Shown piece after piece: positions 58,779-64,000 of a stretch of DNA of 64,000 nucleotides. The notes beneath the pieces are model-generated. The model did not search any database. It saw only the letters and a program-made list of their open reading frames with translations, and was not told the origin of the DNA. Every line of letters starts with the position of its first letter. Position 1 is the first letter of the stretch. The position numbers and the translations under genes were made by a program. The stretch comes from Desulfomonilia bacterium (GTDB lineage: Bacteria; Desulfobacterota; Desulfomonilia; UBA1062), in NCBI GenBank assembly GCA_963664325.2, contig CAXXDQ010000008.1, positions 224,001-288,000 of the forward strand, given 5' to 3'.

Positions 58779-59732
58779 ATGATCTCAACTCTCAAATTCA
58801 TAATTTTTCAATCGATGATCATCATTCCTTTTGGGTTTGGCGCATTTCTTAAGAAGAATTTCAAGGACCCCGGGGCGTCTACAAGGCGCCTGATCATGAT
58901 AAATCTGGTTGTTATCGAACCTCTCATTGTATTCTGGAGTATCTGGGGGCTCAGAATAACGGCCGAGCTTATTTATCTTCCTTTGGCCGGGATATGCATG
59001 GTTTTGATCGGGCTCGTTGCAGGTAAATTTCTCGGACCGATTCTGAAACTTGATTATAAATCAGAAACAAGTTTTATCATAAGCTCTTCCATAGCAAACC
59101 ATGGTTTTACAATGGGAGGTTTTATCTGTTATCTTTTTATGGGCGAAGCAGGCCTTGGGCTTTCATTTATATTCCTGTCATATTTTATTCCGTATCTCTT
59201 TATAGTAATATTTCCCTATGCAAGGCAGACTGAAAGCGGAAAATCATATAGTCTTGACACAATAAAGGACTTCATTAAAAGCCCCCGGAACATGCCTCTC
59301 TATGCCATGATTCTGGCCATATTTCTCAGGCTTTTCGGTGTTGAAAGACCCGGGATGTTTTTCCCTGTCGATATTTTGCTGATGCTTTCCATAGGTTTGT
59401 ATTATTTTGCGCTTGGCATGAGCTTTTCAGTGAAAGATATGTTCTCATTCAAAAAGGAAAGTCTAGTTCTGTGCCTGATAAGATTTTTAATTGTGCCTGC
59501 AGCAACAGTACTTGTGCTTGTTCTTGTAAACCTTGATCCAGGAGTTGAGGCTGTCATACTCATCGAATCATTCATGCCTGCGGCGGTATACTCTGTTATG
59601 TCGTCCGTATTGTTCAGCCTTGATGAAAGAAGGGCTTCGACAATGTTTGTTTTTAATACAGTGGCTTTTCTGCTATTTGTTCTTCCTCTGATGTTTGTTT
59701 TTATAAAAAGATTGATGGGTTTTATCAGTTAA
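58779..59732 (+). CDS. AEC (auxin efflux carrier) family transporter
   Basis: About 10 TM helices; N.GF..G, RFLIVP, MPAAV. Confidence 0.82.
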   Translation: MISTLKFIIFQSMIIIPFGFGAFLKKNFKDPGASTRRLIMINLVVIEPLIVFWSIWGLRITAELIYLPLAGICMVLIGLVAGKFLGPILKLDYKSETSFIISSSIANHGFTMGGFICYLFMGEAGLGLSFIFLSYFIPYLFIVIFPYARQTESGKSYSLDTIKDFIKSPRNMPLYAMILAIFLRLFGVERPGMFFPVDILLMLSIGLYYFALGMSFSVKDMFSFKKESLVLCLIRFLIVPAATVLVLVLVNLDPGVEAVILIESFMPAAVYSVMSSVLFSLDERRASTMFVFNTVAFLLFVLPLMFVFIKRLMGFIS

Positions 59733-59750
59733 TCTGTTTCAGGAGAATAT

Positions 59751-60362
59751 ATGATCGATGCGGTATTATTTGATGTAGGCGGCGTTCTGTTCGAAGAGGG
59801 CTACAGGAAAGGACTTCATGCGATTGCAGAAAGGAACGGTCTTGACCCGTTAAGGTTTGAAATTATTTCAGACAGGCTGATACTTGAAACAGGCTATATC
59901 ACAGGAAAAGCAGACGAAAATGTATTCTGGGAAGCTATCAGGCATGAAACTGGAATTATGGAACCGGATGTTGAATTAAGAGAGGCACTTTTGGAAAGAT
60001 TTGTTCCCAGAGCTTGGATGTTTGAGATTGTACATAAATTGAAAGACCATGCCAAGGTTGCGATATTAAGCGATCAGACGAACTGGCTTGATGAGCTGGA
60101 AGAAAGGTATGGTTTTTTTAGCCTGTTTGATACGGTACTTAACAGTTATTACACCGGGCGCAGTAAAATCGATCAGTTGACATTTGATTTTGCAGCATCG
60201 GTCCTTGGGGTGAGGCAGGAAAAGATTCTTTTTATTGATGATAAAATTGGTAATATCAAAAGGGCGGAGGCCAGCGGTTACAAAACCATTCTTTATAATG
60301 AAAGGCAGAAGTTCCTGGCTGATATGGGGCAATATTTTTCTGATATTTGTGATTTCGATTAG
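59751..60362 (+). CDS. HAD superfamily phosphatase
   Basis: FDVGGVL, ILSD, K, FIDD...N. Confidence 0.9.
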   Translation: MIDAVLFDVGGVLFEEGYRKGLHAIAERNGLDPLRFEIISDRLILETGYITGKADENVFWEAIRHETGIMEPDVELREALLERFVPRAWMFEIVHKLKDHAKVAILSDQTNWLDELEERYGFFSLFDTVLNSYYTGRSKIDQLTFDFAASVLGVRQEKILFIDDKIGNIKRAEASGYKTILYNERQKFLADMGQYFSDICDFD

Positions 60363-60464
60363 CATCAAGGAGCAGAAACGGTTTTTTATTCGGATTTTGG
60401 CATTGTGCAGCTTGACTAGTGCAAATCTCATGTAGTAAAAAACTGGGTTCTGAGGGGGATTGTA

Positions 60465-61502
60465 ATGAGTATGACATATAAGCAGGCGGGAGTGGATGTA
60501 GAAAAGCAGAACACTTTCGTTGAAGAGATCAAACCGATTATCAAAACCACGTTCGGTCCTGAGGTTATGGGCGGAATCGGAGGCTTTTCAGGTCTTTTCA
60601 GATTTAACAAGGGTAATTTCAAGGATCCTATACTTGTATCCTCAACAGACGGTGTAGGTACCAAATTGAAGATAGCATTCATGGCCGACAGGCATGATAC
60701 TGTGGGTATCGATCTGGTTGCTATGGTTGTGAATGATATTATTGTCGGCGGGGCGCAGCCCCTGTTCCTGCTGGACTATTTTGCTACCGGCAAGCTTAAT
60801 CTCGAAAGGGATAAGCAGATTATATCAGGTATAGCCAACGGATGCATGGATGCCGGATGTGCGCTTATCGGCGGGGAAACGGCTGAGATGCCGGGTCTGT
60901 ACAAGGAAGATGAATACGATCTTGCGGCATTCGGGGTGGGTGTTGTTGAGGCCGACAAGCATATCAACGGTTCACTTATAACTCGCAATGACATCCTCAT
61001 CGGCATTGATTCATCGGGCCTTCACAGCAACGGATTTTCGCTTGCCAGAAAAGTGCTGCTCGAAAAATCGGGGCTGAAGATAGATTCTTATGTCCCGGAA
61101 TTAGGCAAGGTGCTGGCCGATGAACTGCTGACGCCGACAAAAATTTATGTAAAAAATGTACTTAATCTTTTCAGGGATTTTGAGATCAAGGGGATCGTTC
61201 ATGTCACAGGCGGAGGATTTATTGATAACATCCCCCGCATCCTTCCCGAGCGCTCTTCCGCCATAATCGAAAAGGCGCTTTGGGAGGTTCCTCCCGTATT
61301 CAAACTTATACAGGAACTTGGCGGGATTGAAGAACAGGAAATGTTCAGGACCTTTAACATGGGCATCGGCATGATACTTTTCGTGGGATTAAATGAAGCA
61401 GATGACGTATTGGTGAGGCTCAAGGGACTCAAACTGGACGCCCAGATCATAGGGGTGGTTGATCAGCGTAAGGATGGACCCTCAGTCTCCATCCTGGGGT
61501 GA
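60465..61502 (+). CDS. purM: phosphoribosylformylglycinamidine cyclo-ligase
   Basis: YKQAGVD, GGF.GLF, DGVGTK, GGETAEMPG, SSGLHSNGFS, TFNMGIG. Confidence 0.98.
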   Translation: MSMTYKQAGVDVEKQNTFVEEIKPIIKTTFGPEVMGGIGGFSGLFRFNKGNFKDPILVSSTDGVGTKLKIAFMADRHDTVGIDLVAMVVNDIIVGGAQPLFLLDYFATGKLNLERDKQIISGIANGCMDAGCALIGGETAEMPGLYKEDEYDLAAFGVGVVEADKHINGSLITRNDILIGIDSSGLHSNGFSLARKVLLEKSGLKIDSYVPELGKVLADELLTPTKIYVKNVLNLFRDFEIKGIVHVTGGGFIDNIPRILPERSSAIIEKALWEVPPVFKLIQELGGIEEQEMFRTFNMGIGMILFVGLNEADDVLVRLKGLKLDAQIIGVVDQRKDGPSVSILG

Positions 61503-61508
61503 CAAGAC

Positions 61509-62153
61509 TTGATGAAAATAGGAGTCCTGGTATCTGGAAGCGGAACAAATCTCCAGTCAATAATCGATACCTGCGAGTCCGACAAAATAGCCGAAGTAGC
61601 AGTTGTCATAAGCAACAGGGCAGATGCCTATGCGCTTAAAAGGGCTCAATCCAAAGGAATTCCGACCAGGATATTATCCCATAAAGATTACCCCGACAGG
61701 AAGGATTTTGATAAGGAGCTGATACGTATACTGAATGAATTCAAGGTCGAACTGGTTGCCCTGGCGGGTTTTATGAGGATACTGACCGGAGATTTCTTAA
61801 AGGCGTTTCATGGCAGGGTGATGAATATACATCCTGCATTATTGCCGGCTTTCCCGGGTCTTGAAGTGAGGCAGGCTGCAATTGATTATGGCGTCAGGTT
61901 CTCAGGATGTACGGTGCATTTTGTTGACGAGGGTGTTGATACGGGGCCGATTATCATTCAGGCGGTTGTCCCTGTTTTTCCCGATGACACGGAAGAAGAC
62001 CTGAAGCACAGGATATTGAACCAGGAACACAAGATTTATCCCCAGGCTATCAAACTGTTTGCAGAGGGCCGGTTAAGGATTGAAGGAAGAAGAGTATTTA
62101 TTGAGGGGTTCAGTAAGGACGAAACGAAGTGGATGATAAATCCGTCAATGTGA
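61509..62153 (+). CDS. purN: phosphoribosylglycinamide formyltransferase
   Basis: SGSGTNLQ, LAGFMRIL, NIHPALLP, GCTVHFV..GVDTGP, EH. Confidence 0.98.
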   Translation: MMKIGVLVSGSGTNLQSIIDTCESDKIAEVAVVISNRADAYALKRAQSKGIPTRILSHKDYPDRKDFDKELIRILNEFKVELVALAGFMRILTGDFLKAFHGRVMNIHPALLPAFPGLEVRQAAIDYGVRFSGCTVHFVDEGVDTGPIIIQAVVPVFPDDTEEDLKHRILNQEHKIYPQAIKLFAEGRLRIEGRRVFIEGFSKDETKWMINPSM

Positions 62154-62614
62154 AGCTTGATGCCCCGATAATCGTAAGTGCCTGCCTACTTGGATTTAAT
62201 TGCAGATATAACCTGAAGAAAAGTTCGGGCATAAAATTCAAGATGCCCATGAATGCTCTTCTGATACCTGTCTGTCCGGAGCAGCTTGGCGGCCTCCCCA
62301 CGCCAAGGCCGAAATCGGTTTTTGTAGGCGGTGATGGGGAACGGGTAATCAAAGGTCTTGCCAGGGTTGTTGATGAGGAAGGCATGGATGTCACGGATTA
62401 TTTCATAAAAGGTGCAGAAGCTGTAAAAAGAATATCTTGCATAACAAGATCACTTTCTGCTATACTCAAGGATAAGAGCCCTTCATGCGGCACGCACATT
62501 GTAATGATATCAGATGAAGTTAGAAATGGACTTGGTGTAACAGCAGCAATCTTAAATGGAATGGGTTTATGCATTGTAAACGAATATGGGAGGTCGATAG
62601 CAGAAAAGGAGTAA
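62129..62614 (+). CDS. DUF523 / 2-thiouracil desulfurase (TudS) family protein
   Basis: SACLLG..CRY, CPE.LGGL.TPR, LK.KSPSCG, GVTAA.L. Confidence 0.88.
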   Translation: MDDKSVNVKLDAPIIVSACLLGFNCRYNLKKSSGIKFKMPMNALLIPVCPEQLGGLPTPRPKSVFVGGDGERVIKGLARVVDEEGMDVTDYFIKGAEAVKRISCITRSLSAILKDKSPSCGTHIVMISDEVRNGLGVTAAILNGMGLCIVNEYGRSIAEKE

Positions 62615-63120
62615 CCCTTACGGAGCTCCTTGTCGTGATTGCCCTTGCAGCTATTCTGGCTGCATTTTCAATACCCTTCATGGGCACGTCAGTAGCAAAA
62701 AGTGACCTTTATAAACAGACGGATTTTGTTGCCGGGACAATTATGACTTCAAGGATAAAGGCGATGGAAAGGGGCCTTCCTTTCAGGCTCGATTTTGACG
62801 CATCAAACATGACTTTTACTTGTTTCGGCGACAAGAATTCAAACGGAAAGAAAGATGATGGGGAAGAAGTCATGGGACCATACAGGCTTGAGAACAGGAT
62901 TGTATTCGGTTCAGGAATATCAAAAGGGCCGAATGATACTGAGGTTCCTGTTGACGGAATAAGTCTGGCTGATAACCGTCTAAGCTTTAATACACTCGGT
63001 TCATCAAATGCCGGAACAATATATCTGAAAAACACGGCGGGTACTGCTGCCATAAGGATAATGCCTGCATCTGGAACCGTCGTATGCTGGGTTTATGAAG
63101 GAAACTGGAGGAAGAAATGA
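62569..63120 (+). CDS. GspH/FimT family pseudopilin
   Basis: Prepilin cleavage motif KG|VTLTELLVV; F.D.N.NG..D.GE; FN..G...GTIYL. Confidence 0.85.
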   Translation: MHCKRIWEVDSRKGVTLTELLVVIALAAILAAFSIPFMGTSVAKSDLYKQTDFVAGTIMTSRIKAMERGLPFRLDFDASNMTFTCFGDKNSNGKKDDGEEVMGPYRLENRIVFGSGISKGPNDTEVPVDGISLADNRLSFNTLGSSNAGTIYLKNTAGTAAIRIMPASGTVVCWVYEGNWRKK

Positions 63121-63539
63121 AGAAAGGATTCAGTCTGATAGAGATTTTGGTGGTGATCGCACTGGTTTTTTTAATCAGCTGCGGGACAATAAGTTTCCTG
63201 ATGGCTACAAATAAGACAGGCGTGGATTTGAATTTGAAAACATACGCATCGATTATGGCGCATACGAAGTTTATTTCTTTGAATAAAATTCCACTTGCAA
63301 GTCCTGACATCTCTGAAGGATGGCATGAAGATAAGGGTAATCCAATAATTCAGGGCAGTCAAAATTACTACAGGTTCTGGAGGGTTTCGCTGGACAAGGA
63401 TGGCAGCAGGGCAATAAATGTTTACGTCACATGGAATAATAATGAAATGACCGGTCATATCTCTTCCGAGGATGGACTTAATGTATGCGGCGGGTCAAAG
63501 GTCGAATTCCTGGGTATAAGGGACGCCCTTATGCCATGA
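63117..63539 (+). CDS. PilV-like minor pilin
   Basis: MKKG|FSLIEILVV; Y.R.W.V...I.V.V.W. Confidence 0.8.
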   Translation: MKKGFSLIEILVVIALVFLISCGTISFLMATNKTGVDLNLKTYASIMAHTKFISLNKIPLASPDISEGWHEDKGNPIIQGSQNYYRFWRVSLDKDGSRAINVYVTWNNNEMTGHISSEDGLNVCGGSKVEFLGIRDALMP

Positions 63540-63600
63540 TCAGGTTTCAGCATCCGGTGTGAGGAAGCCAGTACAGAAAGCCCTTATTTACCGGTTTTAA

Positions 63601-64000
63601 TTACATTACCTCATTTTGCGTTTGGGCGACGGCTGCATCGATCTGGGCCTTCAGATCAGCCGGCAGCCCTGGAATATCAACATTAAGGAATCCCCTTACG
63701 ATTGTTGAAGTAGCTTCAGACTCGGAAAGTCCCCTGGACATCAGGTAGAATATTTCTTCCTGGTTGATTTTACCTACAGCCGCTTCATGTGACATTTCGA
63801 CGCCTTCGGCCTTGCCGTGAAGTTCCGGAACTGCAAATATGTCGCCGCCGTTCAAGATCAGGCCGTTGCACTCAAGGTGTGCCTTTACACCTGACACGTC
63901 TCCCATAAGATGGCCGCGGTTTATGATTGTACCTCCATTGCTTATTGAACGGGCAATAATTTCAGCGCGTGTTTCGGGCGCACTCAGCAGTATTTTCCCA
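63601..64000 (-). CDS. SufB/SufD family Fe-S cluster assembly protein, C-terminal part (runs off the window)
   Basis: The frame is open to the window edge; HLECNGL, AVPEL, SHEAAVGKI...IFYLMSRGLSE.EA...IVRGF. Confidence 0.92.
   Translation of the reverse strand, partial: GKILLSAPETRAEIIARSISNGGTIINRGHLMGDVSGVKAHLECNGLILNGGDIFAVPELHGKAEGVEMSHEAAVGKINQEEIFYLMSRGLSESEATSTIVRGFLNVDIPGLPADLKAQIDAAVAQTQNEVM

Noticed and set aside
2469-63458. Numerous antisense or alternate-frame ORFs in the track (e.g. 5606-6430, 14059-14685, 31343-32206, 39639-40262, 50447-51124)
   Set aside because: They shadow well-supported genes on the opposite strand or in another frame and lack motifs or an RBS.
1-64000. 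CRISPR array, rRNA, intact tRNA, integrase/transposase, prophage or defence genes
   Set aside because: No regularly spaced direct repeats, cloverleaf, rRNA motifs or corresponding protein motifs were seen.

Overview
Bacterial chromosomal segment. The carD-PIN/TRAM-ispD-ispF-cysS block, class I adenylate cyclase and PilZ/GGDEF genes suggest a Desulfobacterota/deltaproteobacterial-type organism; this is inference only. The left ~45 kb is accessory-looking. It holds a truncated radical-SAM-like gene with a LuxI/GNAT-like neighbour and a 4-gene operon (aminocyclitol-type aminotransferase, dehydrogenase, kinase, GH4). It also holds a dense set of exported or lipoprotein hydrolases (two neutral-ceramidase-like, GH31, GH73, esterases, M23, serine hydrolase, Ntn hydrolase), EmrAB/MFS transporters, a 10-PAS hybrid kinase coupled to a REC-GGDEF cyclase, and a BPI/LBP-like lipoprotein. 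The right ~18 kb is housekeeping: cysS, ispDF, carD, lgt, cyaA-like, mlaF-like, ArfB-like, purMN, minor pilins and a partial sufB/D. I found no rRNA, intact tRNA, CRISPR array, integrase or transposase. The best leads are the aminosugar/aminocyclitol operon, the bacterial BPI-like lipoprotein, the twin-ceramidase/GH31 module, sigma28-like promoters linking c-di-GMP genes, a MITE-like palindrome and two single-base frameshifts at or near homopolymer runs. All family calls come from reading motifs by eye; no database searches were run.
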